Part shown: positions 1 through 12,795 of the stretch, one piece after another
Layout of the letters: each line of letters begins with the position of its first letter
Numbering within the stretch: the first letter of the stretch is position 1
Assembly (NCBI GenBank): GCA_050230475.1
Contig: JBFLGF010000061.1
Span: 1 to 64,000, forward strand
Source: Ancylonema sp.
Lineage: Eukaryota
Direction of reading: 5' to 3'
Length of the DNA: 64,000 nucleotides
Position numbers and translations under genes: made by a program
Notes under the pieces: generated by a model
Databases searched by the model: none
Told to the model about the DNA's origin: nothing
Seen by the model: the letters and a program-made list of their open reading frames with translations, nothing else

Positions 1-324
1 TAGCATATTTAACCCCTTCAAACCCGTACAAATTGACCGTGATTAAAACCCGACAACATTAGCATATTTTGTCCATCAATGTCGGGAGGATTGACTTATT
101 TGTGCGAAGACTGGAGACCGACGTACGGATATGCACGCCCCAAGCGCGAGCTGTCTGGTCAGAGCTGGGAGGCACGCCAATACCAGAGTTTGATGCAGGA
201 TGCAATGCATTTAAGCTCCTGGACTACACGCTTCATACGCACGTTGCAGGAGTGACATGCACCGATCGAAAGCTGCTGACCGTCGTATTTCCTCGTTCTT
301 CACTGAATTCATCCCTCGGCATCG

Positions 325-2417
325 ATGGAGGTTGTGCCCGCTATCTCCTCCCCCTTCGACTTGGAGACTGAGCTGAATGTCGTTACTCAGAATGCACAGC
401 GCCGCGGTGCATCCCCGTACTCGTGGTCCACACATGTTTCCTCTCTTCTGAAAGCTCGTCGAGAGACCTGGCCTTCTTTGGAGCTCGGCGCCGTGCTGGT
501 GGACGCGTTATGGCAAGAGGGAGGGGAGGGTGCCGTGCTGCCGCTGTTGGATCACGCCATGGGGATTCATCTGGTTGCTCCTACGGCCATCATCGCTGGA
601 TTGAGAGCTACCGCTCCTCTCCCACCAGACATTGCCAAATTCACAAGTCCATCCATGGGCCACCGCGGGGCTATAGCAGCCCGTCGTGAGCGTCCTGCTC
701 TCTATGCCAAACTGCTCCAGCTGGCGTCTACGCATGCGCTGGACCTCTCGCCCACCGAGGACGGCCCTGCGAAGAACGCCAAGTGAGGAGGGTCCACACT
801 CCACCCGCTCTCTCTTTTTATAAATTGCCACCCACACTCCATCTCCTTCGCAGGTTGGCTGCTTCCATCTATTTCAGTGGGGATGCGGGGGTTGGGGGGG
901 ATAGGGGGGCAGACTCCAGTCTGGCCCTCGCTTTCGTCCACTTCCTTCTGGGGCTGACTACATCGCTTCTGGAAGCCACAGTGGCAGACTGGGGTGAGGA
1001 GGGACATCTGGAGGGAGGAGAGGTGATGAGGGAGGTTGGGGATGGGGCTGGGGGCGGGTTGCCTCATGCCACCCTGGGGTTGCAAGCACTCCACGTGGTG
1101 GCCAGCCTATACGAAAATGCCACGGGATGCTAGCTGCTCATGCTCGCCTGGACCCACCTGTACATCCTCCTTCCTTGCCCCTTCCACCAGCTAGCAGCGG
1201 GTAGGTAGTGGTCTGAGGGGCAGACAGGTGGCGGGTGGATGTGCAGAGAGGCGGGGAGGATACGATTGGCAGCAGTGGTGGGTGAGCTGTCACTTGTGCT
1301 GAATCGAGTGGGGCCGCTCCTCCCTGAGGGTGCGCTGGCCACGGGGCATCGTCTGGTGACACTGCATGAGCAGCGCGTGGGCGAGAACAGGCACGAATTA
1401 TCTGCCCTGCCGATGAGTCTGGGTGGTGCCACCTGGCAGCAGAGGCAAGGCAGCGATGGGCCTCTGGACTTGGCCCTGGAGGAAGCGGTGAAGGGGAGGA
1501 GGATGCGCAGCGAGCCGTGGAGCCACTTCCTGGCGAGTGAGACAGCTGGCTTCCCACCCTCCCCCACCCAACCCATCCCTCATCAGTAGGATAAGCCCTT
1601 TTTGTGCAGGACTGGTGGATGCTCAGCGTTGCCTTGGGGGGGGGGAATGGGTACCTGCCCTGCTCTCCCTGTGGACAGCAGCCATGCGAGCTGTAGGCCG
1701 GAATGCTGGTGGCTCGCCACCTGTCTCTACCGAGAGCCGTTTGAGTGCTGTGCTGTCGCTGCTCCCTCTCGCCCTTCTCCGCTTGACCCCTCCTCCCCCG
1801 GCTCTCCTCTCCTCCCTCCACCTGCTGGCCTCCTTTCCGACCCTCCTGGAGCCGCCCGCTGTGAAGCTCCCCCTCCCACCAGACTGCAATTTGCGCGATC
1901 TGCTGATCCGCGCGTGCGGCGCGAGAGGACTTTTGCCACAGCCACCCGGCCTTCCCCTGCCAATGGGTGTACAGGTGGCGCCTGGGTCAGCCTGGGCACA
2001 GCTCCTGGAGGGTTCCCCCATCACTCCAGAGCTCCGGGCATCCCTTATCGAGGAGCCTGCGCAGAGGTGGGTTTTCGAACCCACGAGGACTTTTTCCTGA
2101 CTGCCTGCCTGCCTGCCTCTGAAAAGTGAAGTGCGGTCTGCAGCCTGCCCCAGCTGCAGCGGTTGCGCGAGATCGCGGAAGGAGGGGGGGATGGGTTCGA
2201 AGCGTCAGCAGCAGCAGCTGCTCTATGTGGGGCGTCCCTGTTGCGGTCGTGGCACCTCCAGGAGCACTGTGTGGCTCTGCTTGCTGACCTGGCAGCCCTT
2301 CCCCAGGCTCACCTGCGCCCCCAGCTGCTTACCACTCTGCTCACATGCCTTTCTGAGGGGGAGGCAATTCACATCGTGACGCTGCACGGCCGCTTGCCAC
2401 ATCTCCTCCTCTCCCTC
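325..2417 (+). CDS. MED33: Mediator subunit 33 (MED33/REF4/RFR1-like), 5' part; in-frame TAG at 1131-1133; truncated at the N at 2418 (possible pseudogene)
   Basis: Exons ~325-782, 854-1159, 1247-1536, 1610-2066, 2144-2417 with GT-AG sites. Motifs WPSLELGAVLV, LWTAAMRAVGR and LCGASLLRSWHLQEH resemble plant MED33. Confidence 0.8.
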
Positions 2418-2418
2418 N

Positions 2419-3861
2419 ACCACAGCCCTCAGCATCCGCGGCTTCAGATCCTCCACCTCACACGGCCCAAAGGTGAGGGGGACCTGCACACCCTATCCTG
2501 TCACCAACCGCATCCCCCTTCCACCACCACCTCACCCTTCTCCCTGCCCCTTACCCCTTCTTCAGATGGCTGGGAGCCCAGCCCTTCCAGTAGTGCTGCG
2601 ATGATGTCTTGGGGCGAGAGAGAGGCCACCATTTGGGAGGCAGGGGGCAAGCCCTGGATGTTGGCCTCTAACTGACAGATGGTGGACTCCGAGCAGAAGG
2701 GCAGCACCTGTACCAGAAACCCGCCAGCCGAGCACACAACGCCATCCCGCCCCACCGCCACCCCCAGCGCCATGGAGCTGCTGATCTGCTCACTGTCGGA
2801 CAGGTAGTGGGTGAGGTCCTCCGCCACCTCGCCGGAGTAGAGGGGTATTGTCCCACTGGAACCGCACCAGCACCCGCACCCCCACCATTACATATCTAAT
2901 TTTGCTCTCACCCTCCCCTTCCCAAAGCAGCACCCACGTGTATGGTTGCTGCCAGTCTGGTCTAGACCGCACCACAGTAAGGATTCCCGCCCCAACCGCC
3001 TTGCCAACATCAAGCTGCCAATCGAGCAGCTGAGTGAGCAGCTGGCCCCAGCCGAAGGAAGGGAATGCTGTGGCGGGAGGCAAACTTACTTTACCGGCTG
3101 CGTTGAGGGGTGGATCACAGGCCGGGTTTGCAACATAGCCCTTAACCGCTCCGCGCTGACTGGTCACTGCGGTCACTTGCCCCAGCCCTCCGCGCCCCAA
3201 GAAACTAACCTGATGGCCCCCGATTTCAGAGGACATTAGCTGAAGAAGTCGGATATCAAGTCCCGTCTTCTCAGTCACTGAGCGATGCAGGTCTGATCAT
3301 TACCGAAGCTGTGCTGCTTACCTGGACTGTTTCCTCCCAGCCTTTCAACGCCCCCAACAACAATGTCCCCATCAGCAGGCGGCCGAGAGCTGCGGTGGCC
3401 TGTTCATCCCACCACTTCCACACGTCAGCTGGGGCAGTAGAATATGCCGCTGCGTGAGTCCTACTGTGGGCGCGGTGGCGTGGCGTCTCTGGGCCTCCAA
3501 AACGAGGTCCGTGGCGACCACCACGAACACAGAAACCTGCACTGATGGGCGTCCCAGAGAACAGGGTCGGGGGCCGGATGCACATAGAGGCAGCGCAAAT
3601 GCTTCGTGATGGTACCTCGGCATCCTTTGACACGCAAGTAAGGATGGTGTCTGGGTGAACCGCACGAGATTCCACTGATCCGATCTCTGCGATGCAACTA
3701 AAACGCCTGCGCACGACCCTCGTGCTGCATGTCCGGTTGCGAAGGAAAAGAGTGGATCTGGTGGCATAGCTGCGACTCTGACGAGTGCGAGAAGTGCTCA
3801 GGAGGGAAGTCGTACTAAACGAGTCTAACGGCGGGCAGGGGCGATGGAGAACCCCTGACAT
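2419..3861 (-). CDS. HSP33: Hsp33-family chaperone, probably plastid-targeted, copy 1; 3' end lost at the N gap
   Basis: Spliced exons give TAALGRLLMGTLLLG, KGYVANP, LDVGKAVG, GEVAEDLTHYLSDSEQ, AGGFLVQVLP and GPCEVEDLKPRMLRAV. The N-terminus is Ser/Thr/Arg-rich, like a transit peptide. Confidence 0.85.
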
Positions 3862-4949
3862 CGCCGTGGCCGTGTGACTGAAGTTGTCCCACGTGTCAGT
3901 GCACGGCCTGCCACATGTTCTCCAAGCCGCAGCGGCGATGTAGGGGAAGCGGAAGCGTTTGTGACGGAGAATTTGGCGGGAACGAGAGTAAAGTCGGTTC
4001 ACGGTTTATCGCGTGGGTGTCGTCATTTCATCACCTTTAAATTGTACCAAATAACCGTACTGCCCAGAAGTAGTGCTTCACGATTTTTTCCGTGGGTATA
4101 CCAACTTTCCGCGGCTGGAGATATTATTGCGGTTGCGCCCAGCCGCACAAGCACAGCACCCTCATTTTAGCAGTGCAGTTCCAACGCCACCAGAGAGCGC
4201 CAGTGGTGCCCCAGAGTTATTTCGTCGAGAAGTCAGCTCAGGGCTCCCTCGAAGTGATAGTATTCGATCAATGTCTGGCCCCATGCAGTGCAGACCACCA
4301 GGCTTCACATCTCTCCTCGTTATCCGGTACATTGTGATTTGAGACGATTCGAGAACACAAGCTGAGTGTGACAGGAGTGCAGCATGGCTGTGGCTGACGC
4401 CATCGTGCCGCGAACCAGCTCTTCTCACTCGAGCGTTGCAGCCCTCTTTGGGGACGACACAGACTCTCAGGTAAAGGCCTCCATTTGCGGATCACAAGCA
4501 CAAATAAAGAGACGAGGCCCATAAACTTTCACCGAATTTTCTTGGGAACGAGAATATGTTACCGGCTGTTATTTCTATTTTTTCTGTGGCTGTGGGGGAT
4601 CTTGAAAACGCTGGTTTGCAATCTTGAACCGAGATCCCTGACAGCCCTCGGACTCATGGCCGCAGCCTCTGTGGTTCAAAAAGGAGGCTTTTGGCGTGCC
4701 CACTTTCAATCCCGAGACGTACATTGCCGACCTGAGGCGCTATGTGCCTCTGGAGACCCTGCGGACAGAGCTGCGGAGCCACTTGAGTGCTTTGAAGGGA
4801 GAGCTTGTGGATCTCATCAATCGGGACTACACCGACTTTGTCAACCTCTCCACTAAACTTGTCAGTGCCCGGATCCATTGCTGCGCCTATATCGAACACA
4901 AATGGAATTAATGGACGGAATGGTGCAGCAGCTGGTTTGGCCTGATCTT

Positions 4950-5023
4950 CTGCTATTCTGCTATTCTGCCATTCTGCCATTCTGCCATTCTGCCATTCTG
5001 CCATCCTGCCATTCTGCCATTCT
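4950..5023. repeat. (CTGCCATT)n 8-bp microsatellite in COG2 copy-1 intron 2
   Basis: Direct read; only a short seed is present in copy 2. Confidence 0.9.
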
Positions 5024-5295
5024 GAGAAGGATGCTGGCGGTGACAGCTGAAGACCAACATCCGTGCAAAGCTTGTGGTTTGGTAGGTGGACGTGGATGGG
5101 GCTGTTCTGCGCATGCGTATGCCTCTGAACGAGTTGCGGGCCAAGCTGCAAGCCCTCCGCGAAAACGTGGCTTCAGCACTCAAGGCGCTGGAGGAAGGGC
5201 TGGAGAGGAGAGCAGAGGCAGCAGAGGTGCGGAGTACAGTGGAGGTGCTGCTGGTCACCTCCCATGTGCTCTCCAAGGTACCATTCAACCTCTCC

Positions 5296-5416
5296 CCTCC
5301 TACCTCCTACCTCCTACCTCCTACCTCCTACCTCCTACCTCCTACCTCCTACCTCCTACCTCCTACCTCCTACCTCCTACCTCCTACCTCCTACCTCCTA
5401 CCTCTTACCTCCTACC
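5296..5416. repeat. (CCTACCT)n 7-bp microsatellite in COG2 copy-1 intron 3
   Basis: Direct read; about two units in copy 2. Confidence 0.95.
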
Positions 5417-6545
5417 CTGGCGTGAGTCAGTATACAGAGTCCCCAGCCCTTGCGGATGGCAGGTAGAGAAGCTGCTGGTGGAGCTGCACAGCATGCCCCA
5501 GTCGCAGCCAGGTCGAGAGGCAAACGGCGGGGTGGAGGAGGCGCGCAGCCGACTGTTGGAGCGGATAGCGAGTGAAAAGAGTCGCCTGAACTTCTACACT
5601 GCGCGCGCCAAGGTGCGCACAGAGCACAGAGCACAGAATGCAAAATGGAAGGTGGTGACCCAAGGAGGTGGGGGGGTTGGGAGGGGTGGCAGAACCTTCC
5701 ATTCGTTGTGATGTTGGAGAAGCGCATGAAGGCAGCGGGGGATGCCTTGGCTGCGGGGCTGCATGCCTGCCTGGAGTGGGGCCTGAGGGAGCGCGAGGGC
5801 AGCGTGCTGTACCACTGTCTGCGGGCGTACGCGTCGCTGGATGACGCGAGGGGGGCGGAGGAGGCCTTTCGGGAGACAGTGGTGGCGCCCCTTGTGGCTG
5901 CTGTGCTGCCTGCACCTTCAGCCAAAGGAGGGCTGCCAGGTGGCGACCTGCTGGCCCCCGTGTACGAGGAGCTGGCGGGGCGGGTGGAGAAGGAGTGCCG
6001 GTTTCTGTTGGACCTTGTGGCTGCGCCGCACTCGGGGCTACACGCCTTCGACTTTGTGAGCTGCAGCATCCTGAGGGAGGTGCACGCAGGGATCCAGAGG
6101 GCGCGCCCGGGGGCCTTCTCGCCCGGGAAACCGCAACTCTTCTTGCCCAACTACAACGCCACGCTGGCCTTCCTCACCTTCCTGGAAGGTGCGCTCCCTC
6201 CCCCTCCCACCTCCAGCCTCCCACCTGGGTAGGGGCGGATGTGAACAGGGTGGGGGTGGGGGATGGCAGGCTTCTGTCCCACCGCCAATGCTGTGCTGGC
6301 ATTCCGCAGCCACGCCGCCTACACAGATTTCAGCCGCCAGTGGAACCTGGGCGTCTATTTCCTCACCAGGTCAGCGCCAGGTCAGCACGCACGGTCCCCG
6401 CAGCACAGCCACTCAAGGGGGCAGGGAGGTGAGGGTGGCAGATTCCGAGAAATTGCTGAAGCTCTGGACACGGTTCTGATCAGCGCCACCCTGACGCCAG
6501 CCCCGCCCATTCCACCACCACCTCACCCTTCTCCCTGCCCCTTAC

Positions 6546-7882
6546 CCCTTCTTCAGATGGCTGGGAGCCCAGCCCTTTCAGGAGTGCTGCCATGATGTCT
6601 TGGGGCGAGAGGGAGGCCACCATTTGGGAGGCGGGGGGCAAGCCCTTGATGTTGGCCTCCAACTGACAGATGGTGGCTTCTGAACAGAAGGGCAGCACCT
6701 GTACCAGAAACCCGCCAGCCGAGCGCACAACGCCATCCCGCCCCACCGCCACCCCCAACGCCATGGAGCTGCTGATCTGCTCACTGTCGGACAGGTAGTG
6801 GGTGAGGTCCTCCGCCACCTCGCCTGAGTAGAGGGGTATGGTCCCACTGGAACCGCACCAGCACCCGCACCCCCACCATTATACATCTAATTTTGCTCTC
6901 ACCCTCTCCTTCCCAACGCAGCACCCACGTGTATGGTTGCTGCCAGTCTGGTCTGGACCGCACCACAGTAAGGATTCCCGCCCCAACCGCTTTGCCAACA
7001 TCAAGCTGTCAATCGCAGGAAATGGTGAGCAGCTGGCCCCAGCCGAAGGAAGGGGATGCGGTGGCGGGAGGTAAACTTACTTTACCGGCTGCATTGAGGG
7101 GTGGATCACAGGCCGGATTTGCAACAAAGCCCTTAACCGCTCCGCGCTGACTGGTCACTGCGGTCACTTGCCCCAGCCCTCCGCGCCCCAAGAAACTAAC
7201 CTGATGGCCCCCCATTTCGGAGGACATTAGCTGAAGAAGTCGGATATCAAGTCCCGTCTTCTCAGTCACTGAGCGATGCAGGTCTGATCATTATCGAAGC
7301 TGCGCTGCTTACCTGGACTGTTTCCTCCCAGCCTTTCAACGCCCCCAACAACCATGTCCCCATCAGCAGGCGGCCGAGAGCTGCCGTGGCCTGTTCATCC
7401 CACCACGTCCACACGTCAGCTGGGGCAGTAGAATACGCCATTGCGTCAGTCCTACTGTGGGCGCGGTGGCGTGGCGTCTCTGGGCCTCCAAAACGAGGTC
7501 CGTGGCGACCACCACGAACACAGAAACCTGCACTGAGGGGCATCCCGGAGAACAGGGTCGGGGGCCGGATGCACATAGAGGCAGCGCAAATGCTTCTTGA
7601 TGGTACCTCGGCATCCTCTGACACGCAAGTAAGGATGGTGTCTGGGTGAGCCGCACGAGATTCCCTTGATCCGATCTCTGCGATGCAACTAAGACGCCTG
7701 CGCACGATCTTCGTGCTGCATGTCCGGTTGTGTAGGAAAACAGGGTTGCGAAACGAAAGAGTGGATCTGGTGGCATAGCTGCGACTCTGAGGAGTGCGAG
7801 AAGTGCCCAGGAGTGAAGTCGTACTTAACGAGTCTAACGGCGGGCAGGGGCGATGGAGAACCCCTGGCATCGCCGTAGCCAT
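6546..7882 (-). pseudogene. HSP33: Hsp33 copy 2, lacking the C-terminal exon(s)
   Basis: Same exons as copy 1, but the intron after ...GLGSQPSEEG runs into the duplication junction and no GPC exon follows. Confidence 0.8.
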
Positions 7883-8423
7883 GTGACTGAAGTTGTCCCG
7901 CGTGTCAGTGCACGGTCTGCCACGTGACCTTCAAGCCACAGCGGCGATGTAGGGGAAGCGGAAGCGTCTGTGACGGAGAATTTGGCGGGAACGAGAGTGA
8001 AATCGGTTCACGGTTTATCGCGTGGGTGTCGTCATTTCATCACCTCAACTCTGATATGGGACTATTGTCGGGTTATACCCAATAACCGTACCGCCCAGAG
8101 GTGATGCACGAGTTTTTTCACCAACTACCCGCGGCTGGAGATATTGCTGCGGTTGCGCCCAGCCGCACAAGCACTGCACCCTCATTTTTAATAAGTGAAG
8201 TTCCAACGCCACCAGAAAGCGAGCGCCAGTGGTGCCCCAGAGTGAGCCCGTGGTCACCATTTCGTCGAGAAGTGAGCTCAGGGCTCCATCGAAGTGATAG
8301 TATTTGATCAATGTCTGGCTCCATGCAGTGCAGACCGCCGGGCTTCACAGCTCTCCTTGTCATCCGGCAGATTGTGATTTGAGACGATTCGAGAACACGA
8401 GCTGAGTGTAACAGGAGTGCAGC

Positions 8424-11400
8424 ATGGCTGTGGCTGACGCCATCGTGCCGCGAACCAGCTCTTCTCACTCGAGCGTTGCAGCCCTCTTTGGGGACGACAC
8501 GGACTCTCAGGTAAAGGCCTCTATTTGCGGATCTCAAGCACAAATAACGACAAGAGGCCCATAAACTTTCACCAAATTTTCTTGGGAACGAGATTATGTT
8601 ACCGCCTGTTATTTCTATTTTTCCTGTGGCTGTTGCGGATCTTGACAACGCTAGTTTGCAATCTTGAATCGAGATCCCTGACAGCCCTCGGATTCATGGC
8701 TGCAGCCTCTGTGGTTCAAAAAGGAGGCTTTTGGCGTGCCCACTTTCAACCCCGAGACGTACATTGCCGACCTAAGGCGCTATGTGCCTCTGGAGACCCT
8801 GCGGACAGAGCTGCGGAGCCACTTGAGTGCTTTGAAGGGAGAGCTTGTGGATCTCATCAATCGGGACTACACCGACTTTGTCAACCTCTCCACTAAACTC
8901 GTCAGTGCCTGGATCCATTGCTGCGCCTATATCGAATACGAATGGACTGAACGGACGGGATGGAGCAGCAGCTGGTTTGGCCTGACCTTCTTCTATTCTG
9001 CTATCCTGCTATTCTGAGAAGGGTGCTGGTGGTGACAGCTGAAGACCAACATCCGTGCAAAGCTTGTGGGTTGGTAGGTGGACGTGGATGGGGCTGTTCT
9101 GCGCATGCGCATGCCTCTAAACGAGTTGCGGGCCAAGCTGCAAGCCCTCCGCGAAAACGTGGCTTCAGCGCTCAAGGCGCTGGAGGAAGGGCTGGAGAGG
9201 AGAGCAGAGGCAGCAGAGGTGCGGAGTACGGTGGAGGTGCTGCTGGTCACCTCCCATGTGCTCTCCAAGGTACCATTCAAACTCTTTCCTCCTACCTCCC
9301 ACCTGGACGTGAGTCCGTATACAGAGTCCCCAGCCCTTGTGGATGGCAGGTGGAGAAGCTGCTGGTGGAGCTGCACAGCATGCCCCAGTCGCAGCCAGGT
9401 CGAGAGGCAAACAGAGGGGCAGTGGAGGAGGCGCGCAGCCGGCTCTTGGAGCGGATAGCGAGCGAAAAGAGTCGACTCAACTTCTACACCGCGCGAGCCA
9501 AGGTGCCCCCCTCCCCCCGCCCCCCACACCCCCGCGCACAGAGCACAGGATGGAAGGTGGTGACCAAAGGGGGTGGGGGGGTTGGGAGGGCTGCCAGAAC
9601 CTTCCATTCGTTGTCATGATGGAGAAGCGCATGAAGGCAGCTGGGGATGCCTTGGCTGCAGGGCACCATACCTGCCTGGAGTGGGGCCTCAGGGAGCGCG
9701 AGGGCAGCGTGCTGTACCACTGTCTGCGGGCGTACGCGTCGCTGGATGACACGAGGGGGGCGGAGGAGGCCTGTCGGGAGGCAGTGGTGGCTCCACTTGT
9801 GGCTGCCGTGCTGCCTGCACCGTCAGCCAAAGGCGCGTTGCCAGGTGGCGACTTGCTGGCCCCCGTGTACGAGGAGCTGGCAGGGCGGGTGGAGACGGAG
9901 TGCCGGTTTCTGTTGGACCTTGTGGCCGCGCCGCACTCGGGGCTGCACGCCTTCGACTTTGTAAGCTGCAGCATCCTGAGGGAGGTGCACACACGGATTC
10001 AGAGAGCGCGCCCAGGGGCCTTCTCGCCGGGAAAACCGCAACTCTTCTTGCCCAACTACAACGCCACGCTGGCCTTCCTCACCTTCTTGGAAGGTGCGCT
10101 CCCTCCCCCTCCCACCTCCAGCCTCCGGCCTCCCACCTCTGTAGGGGCGGATGTGAATAGGGTGGGGGTGGGGGTGGGGGATGGCAGGCTTCTGTCCCAC
10201 TGCCAATGCTGTGCTGGCTTTCCGCAACCACGCCGCCTACGCAGATTTCAGCCGCCAGTGGAACCTGGGCGTCTATTTCCTCACCAGGTCAGCGCCAGGT
10301 CAGCACGCACGTTCCCCGCGGTACAGCCGCTCAAGGGGCCAGGGAGGGATGGCGAGGGTGGCAGATTCCGAGAAATTGCTGAAGCTCTGGACACGGTTCT
10401 GATAAGCGCCACCCTGACGCCAGCAGGCCCCGGGGATCGAGAGGAGGGGGAGGGCAGCCCCATGCTGTATTTGAAGTCCAGCTGTGTGCTGTGGAGCAGT
10501 CTCTTGCGGTGCTGGCACCCCTCAGTGCACACGGCCTCCCTGTCCGACAAGTTCCTGCGCGTCACTCTGCAGCTGGTGGCCAGATACCGACAGTGGGTCA
10601 ATGCAGGGCTGGCAGCCAGGAAGGGTGGGGTAGGTGGGGGTGGGGAGTGGGGTCTGGCGGCATCTTCGGAGGAGTTTGTGGTGCTGCGCCACGACCTACA
10701 GACAGTGGCAGCAGCTATAGAGGGGCCCCTCCTGCTGGGCCTCCTGTCAGAGAGGCTGGGCCCAGCTGTGCCTGGGGAGGTGAAGGAGACGGCAATGGGC
10801 AGCGTGCGGGAGGCAGCTGACGGGCTGCGCGGGTTGAGTGGGGGGTTGGCGGGTGTGGTGGTGGATGTGGTGGCGGAGAAGTGCTGCGAGGTGCTGCGGC
10901 AGCTGAACGGCATCACAGCCACGTACCGCATGACCAACAAGCCCCTGCCCACGCGCCACTCGCACTACACAGCCGCCATTCTGCAACCCCTCCACGCCTT
11001 CCTAGAGGGCAGCCGGGCGGCCGTCATCACTCCAGAGATGCGTTCAGAGGTGGTCGCTCGCGTGACAGAGAAGGTCACGGCCCGCTTCGACGACATGGCA
11101 CGGGACCTGGTGACGAGGGTAAGAGGGGTGGGAGGGGGGAGGGGGGAGGGTGGAGGGTGGAGGGTGATGCATGTTGTGGGCTGGGTGGGTGGGTGGGCGC
11201 AGGCCAAGAAGACGGAGACGTCCATCGCTCGTTTGGCTCAGAAGTCGCGGCGAGGGGCAGCCGAATCTGCAGGGGTGACGGTATCTGACACAGAGAAGAT
11301 CACAGCCCAGCTGTTCCTGGATGTGCAGGTGAGGGGGACAAGGAAGGGTCGCCTCTTCCCTGCTCACACCCAGGGTGGTCGTGTTCGGGTGCAGGAGCTT

Positions 11401-11505
11401 GGGCGGCAGATGGCTAAGTTTGGAGTAAACGCAGGCGAAATGAAGTCGTATCTCTCCCTGTGGCAGTGTGTCGCTCCCAGTGATAGATCGGGGGTTGAGT
11501 TCTAG
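8424..11505 (+). CDS. COG2: Conserved oligomeric Golgi complex subunit 2, full length, 9 exons
   Basis: Exons 8424-8510, 8685-8900, 9078-9269, 9350-9502, 9598-10093, 10188-10287, 10365-11118, 11203-11328, 11395-11505. Motifs PLWFK, LINRDYTDFVNLSTKLVDVD, ITATYRMTNKPLP, SDTEKITAQLFLDVQE. Confidence 0.93.
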
Positions 11506-12795
11506 GGGGGGGTAGTGGGTCGAAGGGGGTTGCAATGCCTCCACCCCACAATCGTAGACATGATATGAAGGATGGGAGGTGTTGTGCCTGCCATGTATGG
11601 TGTTCTTCTAACGCACGCACCCACTATGTTTGCGGCATGGGTCAAAGAGTACCTAAAACAAAAATACATGGCCCCCCTCATGTTGAACACGACAGACCCA
11701 CACGCTCGAGTTCGTTGTAAGGAGTCTAATAATAAATAGCATTTGCTCTAATGGGTGCTTTAGAGTCCCCAACTCTTTTACTCGTGGAGTGTAGGTTTCC
11801 CCTTGCGTGTTCTACGTCCACTTCTGCCTCCATTATGGAGTGTCCTTCTTCTGGCGACATATTCTTTTGGTTTTTTGCATAGTGGCACAATGTTTGTATC
11901 GTATCCGATACGTTTTTTATACGACATTTCGTGTTTGCAAATTCTGCCATGTATCCGATACGGCCTATGGGGCTGATACTGCGGTGTATTGGACACGTGG
12001 TACGTGTGTCTTGCCAAAGTTTAGTAAACGAGGCTTAAACACCAAGTTAAAACGAGGGGGGAAAATCTAAATTTAAAAAAAAATCGCTAAAATGATTGCT
12101 GCTTAGTGAATTAACAATATCCTTCCCAACCATAAAAACAATGTTGTTTAGTCTTGCCGATTTTTAATTCTGTCGATTTGTTTGGGCCGCCTCTTGGTGT
12201 CCCCTCAAAAATGGGACAAGGGCAGCATCGACCGATACGCATATCGGATACTGATCCGTGTATCGGAGCAAACTAAAACCAAATTTTAAAAAATAATGAA
12301 TTTCGCGAAGTATCGAGCCGTAACGCGGCATCGCCATCTCCGAGACGGCGTCTACTGCGTATCGGGATATAGCGAGGGTGCAGGTGCCGTACCATAATGA
12401 CCGAATTTGATCTCCCACTTTTTTTTGGGGTGATTAATAAACGATTAGCCCAAAACCCCTAAAAATCCAAAATCCAAAAAAATTTGGTATGAAAAATATA
12501 TATTTTCTTTTAACCCACCCCACGGGTTTTGAATTAATTAGTGGGAGGTTTGGGCTAAACGGGTATGCTTTTCCTCACCCCGATCATATTCTCCTTGACG
12601 GGTTGTTTGGTATACATCCCAAAATAAACTCTCACACAGAATATCCCCAAACATCAAAGGATGCTGACGATGCATATCGACGCGAAATGTGTCCAATTTA
12701 CTTCCAATTTATGAATTGGGGAGCGCACATGGTCGCCTGTCAGTAGTACAAATGGTGTAGGAATGTCCGTATTCTGAAGAGGCAAATCACATCTT

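Larger units (their letters stand above)
4384..6501 (+). pseudogene. COG2: COG2 copy 1, 3'-truncated at the duplication junction
   Basis: Same exons as the full copy up to ...LISATLTPA, then the sequence switches to antisense Hsp33. Confidence 0.8.
2519..10424. repeat. Diverged tandem segmental duplication: 2519-6501 and 6510-10424
   Basis: Collinear copies of Hsp33, the intergenic region and the COG2 5' part, with scattered substitutions and indels. The junction at ~6501-6510 joins a COG2 exon to an Hsp33 intron. Confidence 0.95.

Noticed and set aside
2400..2440. Apparent MED33-Hsp33 fusion or overlap
   Set aside because: The join is exactly at an N (2418), an assembly gap between convergent genes.
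4485..4856. ORF using the ATG at 4656 (and 8696) as the COG2 start
   Set aside because: It is out of frame with PLWFK; the true start is in an upstream exon (4384 and 8424).
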